A DNA stretch of 64,000 nucleotides, taken from Betaproteobacteria bacterium. GTDB taxonomy: Bacteria; Pseudomonadota; Gammaproteobacteria; Burkholderiales; SG8-39. Each line of letters begins with the position of its first letter. Position 1 is the first letter of the stretch. This document shows positions 30,803 to 42,159 of the stretch, piece by piece. The translations under genes and the position numbers were made by a program. The DNA lies in the NCBI GenBank assembly GCA_947474715.1, contig CANJJT010000004.1, positions 33,353 through 97,352 on the forward strand. The letters are read 5' to 3'. The notes beneath the pieces were generated by a model that worked only from the letters and a program-made list of their open reading frames with translations, was not told the origin of the DNA and ran no database searches.

Positions 30803-31402
30803 ATGTCAGAAATCGTTCGCCTGATCAAGAAGTACCCCAACCGGCGTCTTTACGACACCAAGACCAGCAGCTACATCACGCTTGCAGACGTGAAGGAACT
30901 GGTGCTCAAGCAGGAGGTCTTCCAGATCCTGGATGCCAAGTCGGGGGAGGACCTGACCCGCAGCATCCTGTTGCAGATCATTCTCGATGAGGAGGCGGGT
31001 GGCGCTCCGATGTTCTCCTCGGATGTGCTGTCACAGTTCATCCGCTTCTATGGCAGTGCCATGCAGGGAATGGTCGGTTCATACCTGGAAAGCAATATCC
31101 AGCTTTTCAACGAAGTGCAGAAGCGCCTGCAGGACCAGTCGCAGTCGATGTACGGAGCGAACGCACCCGCAAACCAGGACATGTGGAAACAGTTCCTCTC
31201 CTTCCAGGGGCCGGCCATGCAAAGCGTGGTCTCAGCCTACATGGACCAGAGTCACAACATGTTCACCCAGATGCAGGAGCAGTTGCAGAGCCAGACGCGC
31301 AACATGTTTGGCGGCTTTTCGTTTCCCGGCTTCCCCGTCCCCCCGGCGGGCGGTTCCGCTGTCCAGCCACCTGGTGACAAAGCAACCGAAGACAAGAAGT
31401 AA
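30803..31402 (+). CDS. phaR: PHA synthesis repressor
   Basis: RLIKKYPNRRLYDT and GEDLTRSILLQII motifs. Confidence 0.95.
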   Translation: MSEIVRLIKKYPNRRLYDTKTSSYITLADVKELVLKQEVFQILDAKSGEDLTRSILLQIILDEEAGGAPMFSSDVLSQFIRFYGSAMQGMVGSYLESNIQLFNEVQKRLQDQSQSMYGANAPANQDMWKQFLSFQGPAMQSVVSAYMDQSHNMFTQMQEQLQSQTRNMFGGFSFPGFPVPPAGGSAVQPPGDKATEDKK

Positions 31403-31549
31403 GAGCGCCTGACAGAATTGCCGTTAGGCGCGCTGACTTAGGGGAGCGCGAGGGGATGTGTTCCCTCGCATTGTCAGGCACTCTAAGGCGTCGCGGAATT
31501 ACGGGTTGGCTGGCCTATAATCTCAGCCTTCCCCTCCGCGGCAGGCTTC

Positions 31550-32914
31550 ATGTCAGCATCCCCAAAAGTCGGATTCGTCTCCCTGGGTTGTCCCAAGGCG
31601 CTGGTTGACTCCGAACGCATCCTCACCCAGCTCCGAATCGAAGGCTATGCCATCTCGCCCAGCTATCAAGGGGCCGATCTGGTCGTGGTCAATACCTGTG
31701 GTTTCATCGATTCCGCGGTGGAGGAGTCGCTGGACGCCATAGGCGAGGCGCTGGCCCAGAATGGCAAGGTGATCGTCACGGGATGCCTGGGTGCCAAGGG
31801 GGACATCGTCCGGCAGGCGCATCCGAAGGTGCTGGCTGTGACCGGCCCGCATGCGGTCGAGGAAGTCATGTCCGCAGTGCATGAGCACCTGCCCCAGCCG
31901 CTGGCCGAAACGAACAATCCCTTCACCAGTCTGGTGCCGCCGCAGGGCATCAAGCTGACGCCCCGCCATTATGCTTACCTGAAGATATCCGAGGGCTGCA
32001 ATCATCGCTGCACCTTCTGCATCATTCCCTCAATGCGTGGCGATCTGGTGTCACGACCGGTCGGGGAGGTGATGCAGGAGGCGGAAAATCTCGTCAAGGC
32101 GGGCGTGCGCGAGTTGCTGGTGATCTCCCAGGACACCAGCGCCTATGGCGTGGATACCCGCTATCGCACGGGTTTCTGGGGCGGCAAGCCGCTCAAGACT
32201 CGCATGAAGGAACTGGCTACCGCATTGGGTGAGCTGGGCGGCACGGAGGGGCCCGACCGGGTCTGGGTACGCTTGCATTATGTCTATCCCTACCCGCATG
32301 TGGATGAGGTCATTCCATTGATGGCGGAGGGAAGGATCCTGCCTTATCTTGATGTGCCCTTCCAGCACGCCAACCGGCGCATCCTCAAGCTCATGAAGCG
32401 TCCTGCGCATGCGGAGGTCAACCTCGAGCGCATACGGGCCTGGCGGTCCATCTGTCCGGACCTGACCATACGCAGCACTTTCATTGCCGGATTTCCCGGG
32501 GAAACCGAGGCGGAGTTCCAGGAACTGCTCGATTTCCTCAAGGAGGCGGAACTGGATCGGGTTGGCTGCTTTGCCTATTCTCCGGTCGAGGGTGCGCTCG
32601 CAAACGATCTGCCCGACCCGGTGCCTGATGAAGTTCGGGAAGAGCGGCAGGCGCGACTGATGCTGCTCCAGGAATCCATCAGTGCCAAACGTCTCAAAGC
32701 CAGGGTGGGCAAGACCATCACGGTTCTGGTGGATGAAATCACCGAAGACGGACTGGCCATTGCACGGTCCAGCGCCGATGCCCCAGAGATCGACGGCGTT
32801 GTGGTGGTGGAGGACGGCAAGGCCTTGCGCGTCGGAGCGTTTGCCCAGGTGAAGGTGACCGGCGCCGACAAGCACGACCTGCGAGCGAAAGTCGTCAAAC
32901 ATAGCCGCGGCTGA
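31550..32914 (+). CDS. rimO: Ribosomal protein S12 methylthiotransferase
   Basis: [12 protein letters not shown], radical SAM CxxxCxxC (CNHRCTFC) and TRAM domain DAPEIDG. Confidence 0.96.
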   Translation: MSASPKVGFVSLGCPKALVDSERILTQLRIEGYAISPSYQGADLVVVNTCGFIDSAVEESLDAIGEALAQNGKVIVTGCLGAKGDIVRQAHPKVLAVTGPHAVEEVMSAVHEHLPQPLAETNNPFTSLVPPQGIKLTPRHYAYLKISEGCNHRCTFCIIPSMRGDLVSRPVGEVMQEAENLVKAGVRELLVISQDTSAYGVDTRYRTGFWGGKPLKTRMKELATALGELGGTEGPDRVWVRLHYVYPYPHVDEVIPLMAEGRILPYLDVPFQHANRRILKLMKRPAHAEVNLERIRAWRSICPDLTIRSTFIAGFPGETEAEFQELLDFLKEAELDRVGCFAYSPVEGALANDLPDPVPDEVREERQARLMLLQESISAKRLKARVGKTITVLVDEITEDGLAIARSSADAPEIDGVVVVEDGKALRVGAFAQVKVTGADKHDLRAKVVKHSRG

Positions 32915-33061
32915 AGTCAGTCGGCGTCTGCTGAACGGCAGGCCTTGATCGGGACTGTGGCATCTGCGAAGCTTGGGCATGCAGCTTCAGGGCCGAGTCA
33001 ATCCTGCATGGCCATACAAGGGGTGACTCGGCTCCCGTTCCGGCAGCAGCAGGAGGATGTG

Positions 33062-33832
33062 ATGAGCATGGCACTCGGAATGAAACCCTTGCACCAGCAC
33101 CTGGGCGTGGAGATCAGTGGCCTGCGGCTGGATGCGGCAATCGATGATGAGACTGTGGCATCGCTGTGGCAGGTCCTGGATGAACACAGCCTGCTGGTGA
33201 TCCGTGAGCATCCTCTCGCCGATGACGATCTGCTGGGCCTCAGCAGGCGCATGGGCAGGCCTGACGGTGGCGTGCGGCGATACCGGTCCCAGGGGCCCGC
33301 GGCTTCGGCTGCAACACCTTCACGCTGGCATTCCCACGGAGAAATCAAGGCCACCGGCCCGGCACTGTTGTGCGTGTCCTCGCTCAATGAGTGCCCGACC
33401 GAGGGCGGCGAGATCGAGTTCGCCGCGGTGCGGGCGGCCTACGACGAACTCGGTGCACAGCGCAAGGAGGCCCTGAATGGCCTGATGGCCGTGCATCGCT
33501 TCGGTGCCATTGCTCATGGCGGCGGGCCAGGCTCCAATGCCGCTGTGCGCCAGCCGCTGGTTCGTACCGACCCGGTGACCGGAAGGCGGGGACTCTTCGT
33601 CGGATATCATGCCGTGGAAGTCGAGGGGATGCCGGACGAGCAGGGGCGGCACCTCCTTGCCGAGCTGCATGCCCTGGCCACCGATACACGTTTTGTTTAT
33701 CGTCACCAGTGGCGTCCCGGCGATCTGCTGTTGTGGGACCTGTGTGCCCTGCTGCACCACACCTATCCCGTTCGATCCGCGTCGAATCGAAGCCTGCATG
33801 AAGTCATCGTGGCAAGCCGTCAGTCCGACTGA
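33062..33832 (+). CDS. TauD/TfdA-like protein with atypical active-site motifs
   Basis: Overall TauD pattern (GVEISGL, AAYDEL, PLVRTDPVTGRRGLF, YRHQWRPGDLLLWD), but WHSH replaces WHxD. Confidence 0.78.
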   Translation: MSMALGMKPLHQHLGVEISGLRLDAAIDDETVASLWQVLDEHSLLVIREHPLADDDLLGLSRRMGRPDGGVRRYRSQGPAASAATPSRWHSHGEIKATGPALLCVSSLNECPTEGGEIEFAAVRAAYDELGAQRKEALNGLMAVHRFGAIAHGGGPGSNAAVRQPLVRTDPVTGRRGLFVGYHAVEVEGMPDEQGRHLLAELHALATDTRFVYRHQWRPGDLLLWDLCALLHHTYPVRSASNRSLHEVIVASRQSD

Positions 33833-33904
33833 GCTCTCCAGCTATCTTTCACCCGTTCCGGCGCAGACCGGAGCGATTCGTATCACCCTGTCGAGAATGC
33901 GATC

Positions 33905-35233
33905 ATGAATTCGAATCCGCAAAAGACTCATCTTGACGGCTACTGGATGCCGTTTACGGCCAATCGTGCTTTCAAGGCCAATCCCAGGCTGATGGCCTCG
34001 GCTGCCGGTATGCACTATCGAACCGTGGATGGGCGCCAGATTCTGGATGGCACGTCAGGGCTGTGGTGCACGCCGCTGGGACACGCACACCCGGGTATCG
34101 TCGCCGCCGTGCAGCAGATGGTTGCCACGCTGGATTACTCGCCCGCCTTCCAGATCGGACACCCTGCGGCATTCCAGCTGGCCGATGAGTTGCTGGCATT
34201 TGCCGGTGGTCGGTTCAGCCAGGCTTTCTTTACCAATTCCGGCTCCGAAGCGGCCGACACCGCCCTGAAGATTGCACTCGCCTGGCACTCCGCCAAGGGC
34301 GACAGGCAGCGTATCCGGCTGGTGGGGCGTGAGCGCGCTTATCATGGCGTCGGATTTGGCGGCATGTCGGTGGGCGGCATTCCGGCAAACCGCACGATGT
34401 TCGGCCAATTGCTGCCGGCCGTCGACCATCTGCCGCATACCCACAATCTGGAACATAACGCCTTCACCCGCGGGCAGCCGGCATGGGGCGCACATCTTGC
34501 CGACGAACTGGAGGCCGTGATTGCCCGGCATGGCGCCCAGACCATCGCTGCGGTCATCGTCGAGCCAGTGGCCGGTTCCACCGGCCTGCTCATTCCGCCC
34601 AAGGGTTACCTGCAGCGTCTGCGTGCCATCTGTGACCAGCATGGCATCCTGCTGATCTTTGACGAAGTCATCACCGGATTCGGGCGCCTGGCCGAGCCCT
34701 TTGGCATGGACCGGTTTGGCGTGGTGCCTGACCTGATGTGTGTGGCCAAGGGACTGACCAATGGTGTCATCCCGATGGGCGCGGTGCTGGTGAAGCCGCA
34801 GATCCATGATGCCTTCATGCATGGACCGGACGGTGTGGAACTGTTCCACGGTTATACCTACTCGGGCCACCCGGTTGCCTGCGCTGCCGGTCTGGCTTCC
34901 CTGGCCGCTTTCAGGGATGAAGGCGTGCTCGACAATGCCCGCAGCCTGGCCTCTTACTGGGAAGACGCCGTACATTCCCTGCGGCAGGCGCCCCATGTCA
35001 TCGACATCCGTAATATGGGAATCGCCGCAGCGATAGAACTGGCCCCGTTGGAGGGGCGGCCGGGGGCCCGGGCCTTCGACATTTTCCGGCGGGCGTTCGA
35101 GGAGGGTGTGCTGATCCGTGTTACGGGCGACACCATTGCGTTGTCGCCCCCGCTGATCCTGCAGAAAGCCCACATCGACGAATTGATCGGCAAACTGGGT
35201 GGCCTGCTGAAATCGGCTGGTACGACAGCCTGA
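33905..35233 (+). CDS. Class III aminotransferase, omega-amino acid/beta-alanine-pyruvate type
   Basis: YWMPFTANR, YHG, FDEVITGFGR, AKGL and HGYTYSGHP motifs. Confidence 0.92.
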   Translation: MNSNPQKTHLDGYWMPFTANRAFKANPRLMASAAGMHYRTVDGRQILDGTSGLWCTPLGHAHPGIVAAVQQMVATLDYSPAFQIGHPAAFQLADELLAFAGGRFSQAFFTNSGSEAADTALKIALAWHSAKGDRQRIRLVGRERAYHGVGFGGMSVGGIPANRTMFGQLLPAVDHLPHTHNLEHNAFTRGQPAWGAHLADELEAVIARHGAQTIAAVIVEPVAGSTGLLIPPKGYLQRLRAICDQHGILLIFDEVITGFGRLAEPFGMDRFGVVPDLMCVAKGLTNGVIPMGAVLVKPQIHDAFMHGPDGVELFHGYTYSGHPVACAAGLASLAAFRDEGVLDNARSLASYWEDAVHSLRQAPHVIDIRNMGIAAAIELAPLEGRPGARAFDIFRRAFEEGVLIRVTGDTIALSPPLILQKAHIDELIGKLGGLLKSAGTTA

Positions 35234-35311
35234 ACGGGGAACTGCTGCGGGCGAGGGTGCCCATGGCGGTGGACGAATCAGGCAAGGCCCGATTCGTCCA
35301 GGGATGGCGGG

Positions 35312-36097
35312 CTAGCTGGCCGGCACGATCTCGCTGTTGACCACCCTGACACGGTCACCCATGCGCCACGCTGGCTCGCTGGCCTGTTGCAGGACGCGGG
35401 TGGTCCCATCCTCGAAGCGCACTGTCACTTCGTAGGCAGTCGATTTTTTCGTGGTCTTCTCGATCTGGTGGCCGGCTACGGCACCCCCCACTGCGCCAAC
35501 CACGGTCATGACGTCGCGGCCGCGGCCGCCGCCGGTCTGGTGCCCCAGCAGTCCGCCCAGCAGGCCACCGGCCACGGCACCCAGTCCGCTGCCTTCGCCT
35601 TTTTTCTCGACCTGACGCACCGATTCAATGGTGCCGCAATCGAAGCAGGGCGCGCGTTGGCGTACGGCATCGGATTCCGTCACGACCCCCGAGGGGGCGG
35701 GTGGCGGGTAAGCCGTTTCAAACCTGGGGGCTGATGCAAGTACCGGTGCGGGTGCTGCGGTGCCGGCTGCCTGAACCGGCGCAGCCGGCTTCGGTGCCTG
35801 TGCAGCCGGACTGTCCTTTCGTGCCTCGGTCCTGACCGGACGTTTTTCCGTGACAGGCCTGGCTGTTGGATTCGGTGTCGAGACGGTTGCCGCGGTGGGG
35901 GCTGGCGGTGCCGCAGGAGAGGCGGCCTGCGCCAGTGCCAGGGGTGCCGATTGCCTGGTCGCGCCGGCCTGTGATCCCGTGGGTCCTGGAATCCAGCCCA
36001 TGATTGCGGCCATGCCCGTCATGGCGAACAGGGTGACTGCAATGGCGGCGATGACCACCATGGGATGGGTGTTGCGGGTTGCGATGTCGGCAGTCAT
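35312..36097 (-). CDS. Glycine-zipper 2TM domain protein
   Basis: GLGAVAGGLLGGLLGHQTGGGRG zipper, N-terminal TM helix and Pro/Ala-rich linker. Confidence 0.85.
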   Translation of the reverse strand: MTADIATRNTHPMVVIAAIAVTLFAMTGMAAIMGWIPGPTGSQAGATRQSAPLALAQAASPAAPPAPTAATVSTPNPTARPVTEKRPVRTEARKDSPAAQAPKPAAPVQAAGTAAPAPVLASAPRFETAYPPPAPSGVVTESDAVRQRAPCFDCGTIESVRQVEKKGEGSGLGAVAGGLLGGLLGHQTGGGRGRDVMTVVGAVGGAVAGHQIEKTTKKSTAYEVTVRFEDGTTRVLQQASEPAWRMGDRVRVVNSEIVPAS

Positions 36098-36263
36098 TGG
36101 GGCTCTCCCGGTTGCGGATGAAGATACGGTTGGCAATTACACACACCAACGCAACCAGTATGTCGCTGTTGACAGGCATGGCTGTAACCGTTTGTGACAT
36201 CCCTGGCAGTGCTGTTACACGCAGCCTGGGTGGAGAGATGCAGCGCCGGGGCGGCGCCCGGCC

Positions 36264-37775
36264 TCAGCCGCCTTCCGGGCGCAGGTGCGGGAACAGCAGC
36301 ACGTCGCGGATGCTGGGCGAGTTGGTGAACAGCATCACCAGGCGGTCTATGCCTATACCTTCGCCTGCGGTGGGGGGCAGTCCGTGCTCGAGCGCCCGGA
36401 TGTAGTCGGCATCGAAGTACATGGCTTCCTCGTCTCCAGCATCCTTGGCTTTGGCCTGTTGCGCGAAACGGTCGGCCTGGTCCTCAGGATCATTCAGCTC
36501 CGAAAAACCATTGGCCATCTCGCGGCCGGTGATGAACAGCTCGAAGCGGTCAGTGATGTCCGGGTTCTGGTCATTGCGTCGCGCCAGGGGGGAAAGCTCG
36601 GCCGGATAATCGACGATGAAGGTCGGTTGTATCAGCTTTGCTTCGGCAGTTTCCTCGAACAGCATCAGTTGCAGTGCGCCAGTGCCGGGTTCGCCCTTCA
36701 CGTGGGCCCCGAGGCGGGCCAGTTCGTTGATCAGGAAGGCCCGGTCCTGCAACTGCGCCATGGCGTATTCAGGGCAGTACTCCAGGATGGCTTGCGCCGG
36801 GCTCAGGCGCGCAAACGGCTTGCCGATGTCGATCAGGTGCTCGCCGTATTGCAGCTGGGTCGTGCCGAGGACGCTCTGCGCAACGGTGCGCAGCATCTCT
36901 TCGGTGAAGCTCATCAGGTGTCGATAGTCGCGATAAGCCTCGTAGAACTCGATCATGGTGAATTCGGGGTTGTGCCGGGTCGAGATGCCCTCGTTGCGGA
37001 AATTGCGGTTGATCTCGAAGACCTTCTCGAACCCGCCCACCACCAGGCGCTTCAGGTACAGCTCCGGCGCGATGCGCAGGTACAGCTTCATGTCGAGCGC
37101 GTTGTGGTGCGTCTCGAAGGGCTTGGCGCTGGCGCCACCGGGAATCGGCTGCATCATCGGTGTTTCCACCTCGAGAAAGCCCTTGTTCACCATGAAGCCG
37201 CGGATCTCCTGGATGATGCGGCTGCGTGCCTGGAACACCCGGCGCGCGTCCTCGCTGGTGATGAGGTCCACATAGCGCTGCCGGTATCTGGCTTCCTGGT
37301 CGGTGAGCCCATGGAATTTTTCCGGCAGCGGGCGCAAGGCCTTGGTCAGCAGGCGCAGCGAACGAACCTGTATGGTCAGCTCGCCGGTACGTGTCCTGAA
37401 CAACTCGCCTTCCACGCCGAGAATGTCACCGATGTCCCAGTGCTTGAAATCGGCATGCACCTCGGCGCCGGTGCCGTCATTGGTGACGTAGATCTGCATG
37501 CGCCCGCTCATGTCCTGCAAGGTGGCGAAACTTGCCTTGCCCATGACGCGCTTGAGGAGCATGCGGCCTGCAATGCGGGCGGTGACCGGTGCTGCCTCCA
37601 GTTCTTCCTTGCTCTTGCCTGCGTGCGCAACATGCAGGTCACCGGCAAAGTGGGCGCGGTCGAAGTCATTGGGGAAGGCATTGCCCCTGCTGCGCAGCTC
37701 GGTCAGCTTCGCCCTTCGATCGGCGATGATCTGGTTCTCGTCGTGAAGCGGTTGAATTCCGGTGTCTTGCGCCAT
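36264..37775 (-). CDS. lysS: Lysine--tRNA ligase (class II)
   Basis: [26 protein letters not shown] and GIGIDRL motifs. Confidence 0.98.
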   Translation of the reverse strand: MAQDTGIQPLHDENQIIADRRAKLTELRSRGNAFPNDFDRAHFAGDLHVAHAGKSKEELEAAPVTARIAGRMLLKRVMGKASFATLQDMSGRMQIYVTNDGTGAEVHADFKHWDIGDILGVEGELFRTRTGELTIQVRSLRLLTKALRPLPEKFHGLTDQEARYRQRYVDLITSEDARRVFQARSRIIQEIRGFMVNKGFLEVETPMMQPIPGGASAKPFETHHNALDMKLYLRIAPELYLKRLVVGGFEKVFEINRNFRNEGISTRHNPEFTMIEFYEAYRDYRHLMSFTEEMLRTVAQSVLGTTQLQYGEHLIDIGKPFARLSPAQAILEYCPEYAMAQLQDRAFLINELARLGAHVKGEPGTGALQLMLFEETAEAKLIQPTFIVDYPAELSPLARRNDQNPDITDRFELFITGREMANGFSELNDPEDQADRFAQQAKAKDAGDEEAMYFDADYIRALEHGLPPTAGEGIGIDRLVMLFTNSPSIRDVLLFPHLRPEGG

Positions 37776-37791
37776 GAGTGCCGCTCCTGGA

Positions 37792-38896
37792 TTACACGCC
37801 CTGCTTCAAGCTGGCGTTGATGAATTCGTCGAGATTGCCGTCCAGCACGGATTGTGTGTTGCCGATCTCCACCCCGGTTCGCAGGTCCTTGATGCGGGAC
37901 TGGTCCAGCACGTAGGAGCGGATCTGGTGGCCCCAGCCGATGTCGGTCTTGGCATCTTCGGCAGCCTGCTTGGCTTCATTGCGCTTGCGCAGCTCGGCCT
38001 CGTACAGCTTGGACTTCAGCATGGACATGGCTTCGGCGCGGTTGCGGTGCTGGGATCGGTCGTTCTGGCACTGCACCACGATGTTGGTGGGCAGGTGGGT
38101 GATGCGCACTGCCGATTCGGTCTTGTTCACGTGCTGGCCGCCGGCACCCGAGGCGCGGTAGACATCGATGCGCAAATCCGCCGGGTTGATGTCGATATCG
38201 ATGCCGTCATCCACCTCCGGGTAGACAAACACGCTGGCAAACGATGTGTGGCGCCGTGCATTCGAGTCGAACGGTGACTTGCGCACCAGGCGATGAACGC
38301 CCACCTCGGTGCGCAGCTGGCCGTAGGCATAAGTGCCGGTCACCTTGATGGTGGCGCTCTTGATGCCGGCAACCTCGCCATCGGACTCTTCGAGCACATC
38401 GACGTGAAAGCCCTTGCGCTCGCAATAGCGCAGGTACATGCGCAGCAGCATGCGCGCCCAGTCCTGGGCTTCCGTGCCGCCGGACCCGGCCTGCACGTCA
38501 ATGAAGCAGTTGTTGGCGTCCAGCGGGTCGGAGAACATGCGCTGGAATTCCATGTCCTCCACCAGGCGCGTCGATCCGGTCAGGTCGACCTCGACTGCAA
38601 TCAGGGTGTCGTCATCATTGTCGTCCCGGGCGAGCTCGAACAACTCGCCCAGGTCACGCAGCTGCGTGGCCAGGGTCTCGAGGGTTCCGACAGTGACTTC
38701 AAGCTGTTTTTTTTCGCGTCCCAGTTCCTGGGCGCGCTTGGCGTCAGACCAGACGCCGGGATCTTCGAGCCGCGCGCTGACTTCGGTCAGGCGCTCTTTC
38801 TTGAGATCGAAGTCAAAGATACCTCCGGAGCTCGCCGGTCCTGCTGTTCAGGTCGGAGACCGTGTTGGCGATGGCGTTGATGCGTTCTGCTTCCAT
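37792..38896 (-). CDS. prfB: Peptide chain release factor 2, translated via programmed +1 frameshift (27 + 340 aa)
   Basis: SPF and GGQ motifs. The 5' part [27 protein letters not shown] ends at CTT-TGA-C and the +1 frame continues DFDLKKERL. Confidence 0.97.
38812..38827 (-). promoter_or_regulatory. prfB +1 frameshift cassette
   Basis: Minus strand CGGAGG-TAT-CTTTGAC: internal Shine-Dalgarno plus slippery CUU-UGA. Confidence 0.95.
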
Positions 38897-39028
38897 TTGC
38901 CTTGTTCCAGTGGGGAGGAGCCGCGCGAAAGGCGACGATTATACATGTGGGCAGCCCTCTGGCCGGCGGCGTTTGCGGTGGCGGCGCGGGTCGGATACCC
39001 TATCCGCTCCCAAGTCAGCAGTTCAATC

Positions 39029-39535
39029 GTGGCCATCAAATTCTCCTCCCGCGTTCCCCCGGGCATATTCACACTCATGTTCCTGGTTTGCCTGGCCCTG
39101 CTCGGCTTTGCGCTCTACCTGCAGCATCTGGAGAACCTCGATCCCTGTCCCTGGTGCATTGTCCAGCGCATCGGTTTCATGGTCGTCGGACTGGTCAGCC
39201 TTGTCGCCGCCCTGCATCGGCCGGGCCGGACGGGCACTACCCTGTACGGCGTGCTGGGAATGCTGGTTTCTGCGGGTGGCATCGCGGCGGCCGGTTACCA
39301 CCTGCATATTCAGAGTGACCACAAACGTGCCCTGGAGTGCATGGGTGGCTGGCTGGAACAATGGCTGGATGCCTCGAAGCTGGGCAAGATGGTGCCGCCG
39401 CTGCTGCAATACGAGGGAAGTTGCGTTCTGAAGCCGTGGGACTTTCTGGGACTGTCCATTCCCGGCTGGTCACTCATCTGGTTTGCCATCCTGCTGACGG
39501 CGTTCGTCGGTGTGGTGATTGTGTCAAGGCGCTGA
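39029..39535 (+). CDS. dsbB: Disulfide bond formation protein B
   Basis: PCPWCIVQR, a second Cys pair and FLGLSIPGWS. Four TM helices. Confidence 0.9.
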   Translation: MAIKFSSRVPPGIFTLMFLVCLALLGFALYLQHLENLDPCPWCIVQRIGFMVVGLVSLVAALHRPGRTGTTLYGVLGMLVSAGGIAAAGYHLHIQSDHKRALECMGGWLEQWLDASKLGKMVPPLLQYEGSCVLKPWDFLGLSIPGWSLIWFAILLTAFVGVVIVSRR

Positions 39536-39561
39536 CAGGTTCATTCAAGGGGAGACAGAAA

Positions 39562-40380
39562 ATGCAATTCACGGGGATGGCACGATGGATGTGTGTGGCG
39601 GCATTGGTTGCTGCTTCGGGGGCGGTGGCACAAACGCCCGGGTTCAAGCCGGAAGTGGGGCAGGCAGGCAAGGACGTGGTGTGGGTTCCGACTTCGGATA
39701 TCCTGGTCAACAAGATGCTCGACATGGCCAAGGTGACGCCTGCCGACATCCTGATCGACCTGGGCTCGGGTGACGGGCGCACCGTCATTGCCGCGGCCAA
39801 ACGTGGCGTCAAGTCGCATGGCATCGAGTACAACCCGGAGATGGTCAAACTGTCCCAGGAAAATGCCGGCAAGGCCGGTGTGGTGGACAAGGCGAGCTTT
39901 GCCCGTGCCGACATCTTCCAGAGTGATTTCTCGCACGCCACCGTCATTACCATGTTCCTGCTGCCGGAACTCAATCTGCGGCTGCGCCCGAAGATCCTCG
40001 ACCTCAAGCCCGGTACGCGCATCGTTTCCAATTCATTCACCATGGGTGACTGGGAAGACGACGACACCGCAACCGCCACCGAAAGCGGCGAGTGCAGCTA
40101 CTGGTGCATCGCCCACCTGTGGATCGTGCCGGCCAAGGTCGAGGGCACCTGGCAGTTCGGCGGCGGCAAACTCACGTTGAAGCAGAAATACCAGATGATC
40201 AGCGGATCACTGGAGGCCGGCGGCCAGACCATCGCCATCGGCGGCAAGATGCGTGGTGACCAGATCAGTTTCAATGCTGGTGGGACTGAATACAGTGGCA
40301 AGGTCAACGGCAATGCCATCGAAGGCACGGTCAAGACGGCCAGCCAGAGCACGACCTGGTCGGCCAAGCGCGGGCGCTGA
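39562..40380 (+). CDS. Class I SAM-dependent methyltransferase with signal-peptide-like N-terminus
   Basis: KDVVWVPT, DLGSGDGR and PGTRIVSNSF motifs. Confidence 0.85.
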   Translation: MQFTGMARWMCVAALVAASGAVAQTPGFKPEVGQAGKDVVWVPTSDILVNKMLDMAKVTPADILIDLGSGDGRTVIAAAKRGVKSHGIEYNPEMVKLSQENAGKAGVVDKASFARADIFQSDFSHATVITMFLLPELNLRLRPKILDLKPGTRIVSNSFTMGDWEDDDTATATESGECSYWCIAHLWIVPAKVEGTWQFGGGKLTLKQKYQMISGSLEAGGQTIAIGGKMRGDQISFNAGGTEYSGKVNGNAIEGTVKTASQSTTWSAKRGR

Positions 40381-40407
40381 TCCGCACCTCACCGGTCCTG
40401 CAGCCGG

Positions 40408-42159
40408 TCAGGGGGCCGGCTGCCAGTGCTCGATTACCAGTTGCACCATCTGGGCGCCGTTGAATTCGTTGATGGCGACCCGGTAGGCAGCGCGCACCCG
40501 TTCCGGTAGCACCTCGAGGGTGTTGAAGGCCATGGCCTCGATGACACGCTCATTGCGTTTCAGGCGCAGCTTCATGTGGGCATCCCCGACAATGCGCTGG
40601 TTTACCACCGAAAAATCATCGCAGAACAGCGGCTGCGGGAAACCCTGGCCCCAGATCTGGCTTTCCAGCAGGCGCACCGTTCCCAGTTCCAGATACCCCG
40701 GCTCCAGAGAGCCGTCCGTTTCCACGCGTCGTTCCAGCGCCTCCGGCGGGAGCATGTCGCGCACCGCTTGCTCGAAGGCCGGCACAAAGCGCGCATAGTC
40801 CCGTTCGAGGATGCTGACCCCGGCTGCGGCTGCGTGCCCGCCGAAGCGCAGCAACAGGCCTTCTTCGCGCTTGGCCACCAGGTCCAGGGCATCGCGCAGG
40901 TGCAGGCCCGGGATGGAGCGCCCGGATCCCTTCAGTTCCGCGCTGGCGCTGCCGCCATCGCCGGCACGGGCAAAGGCAATCGTCGGCCGGTGCCAGCGTT
41001 CCTTGACGCGACCGGCCAGAATGCCGACCACACCCTGATGCCAGCCCGGGTCGAACAGCGACAGCGAGGCGCTTTCGCCTATGTCCAGTTGTTCCAGCAT
41101 GCGCTCGGCCTCCAGGCGCATGCCGCCTTCGATGCTGCGCCGCTCGCGATTCAGTTCATCCAGCGTGCGAGCCAGTTCCAGCGCCTTGCCCTGGTTCTCG
41201 GTGATCAGGCATTCGATGCCGAGGGACATGTCGGTCAGGCGTCCGGCGGCATTGATGCGCGGCCCGAGCAGGAAGCCCAGGTCGAAACAGGTGGCGCGCG
41301 ACGCTTCGCGTCCGGCGACGGCGAACAGGGCCTTCAGGCCGGGCTGGGCACGACCTGCGCGCATGCGCTTCAAGCCCTGCGTCACCAGGATGCGGTTGTT
41401 ACGGTCCAGCGACACCACGTCGGCCACCGTTCCGAGTGCCACCAGGTCGAGTAGTTCCGCCAGGGCTGGTCCGCCTGCGCTGCCCTTGTCGCCATCAGTA
41501 TTCCCGAACAGCCCGCGCCGGCGCATTTCCGCGCGCAGTGCCAGCATCACGTAGAACATCACGCCCACTCCCGCAATCGACTTGCTGGGAAAGGTGCAAC
41601 CGGGCTGGTTGGGATTGACGATGGCCCTGGCTGCGGGCAGGGTCGGGCCGGGGAGGTGGTGATCAGTCACGATGACTTCGATGCCCAGCGCGTTGGCGGC
41701 GGCCACGCCATCGGTGCTGGCGATGCCGTTGTCGACGGTGACGATGACCTGTGGTTTGAGCGTCGCTGCGAGCGCCACGATTTCCGGTGTCAGTCCGTAG
41801 CCATAGCGGAAGCGGTCCGGCACGATGTAGCGCACATCGGCGCTGCGGCCATCGCTGGTGCGCATGGCGCGCAGGGCACGCATGCCGACCGCGCAGGCAG
41901 TGGCACCGTCGCAGTCGTAGTCCGCGACGATGACGATGCGCTGGCGCGCTTCGATGGCATCGGCCAGGCGCGAGGCGGCGGCTTCCATGCCCAGCAGCAA
42001 CGATGGTGGCAGCAGCCCCCCGAGGGCGTCATCGAGCTCGCTGCGCGCGGTGACGCCGCGCGCAGCAAACAGGCGGGCCAGCACCGGGTGCAGGCCCTCG
42101 CGTGCCAGCCGGTCTTCGCAACGCAGCGGCACCTTGCGGGTGGACAGGACCGGATTCAT
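40408..42159 (-). CDS. recJ: ssDNA exonuclease RecJ
   Basis: DYDCDG, TVDNG, TDHH, GTVAD, PRINAAGR and GGHAAAAG motifs. Confidence 0.97.
   Translation of the reverse strand: MNPVLSTRKVPLRCEDRLAREGLHPVLARLFAARGVTARSELDDALGGLLPPSLLLGMEAAASRLADAIEARQRIVIVADYDCDGATACAVGMRALRAMRTSDGRSADVRYIVPDRFRYGYGLTPEIVALAATLKPQVIVTVDNGIASTDGVAAANALGIEVIVTDHHLPGPTLPAARAIVNPNQPGCTFPSKSIAGVGVMFYVMLALRAEMRRRGLFGNTDGDKGSAGGPALAELLDLVALGTVADVVSLDRNNRILVTQGLKRMRAGRAQPGLKALFAVAGREASRATCFDLGFLLGPRINAAGRLTDMSLGIECLITENQGKALELARTLDELNRERRSIEGGMRLEAERMLEQLDIGESASLSLFDPGWHQGVVGILAGRVKERWHRPTIAFARAGDGGSASAELKGSGRSIPGLHLRDALDLVAKREEGLLLRFGGHAAAAGVSILERDYARFVPAFEQAVRDMLPPEALERRVETDGSLEPGYLELGTVRLLESQIWGQGFPQPLFCDDFSVVNQRIVGDAHMKLRLKRNERVIEAMAFNTLEVLPERVRAAYRVAINEFNGAQMVQLVIEHWQPAP

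Noticed and set aside
38438-39535. 365-aa extended DsbB
   Set aside because: The N-terminal extension overlaps prfB on the opposite strand. The DsbB domain begins near 39029.
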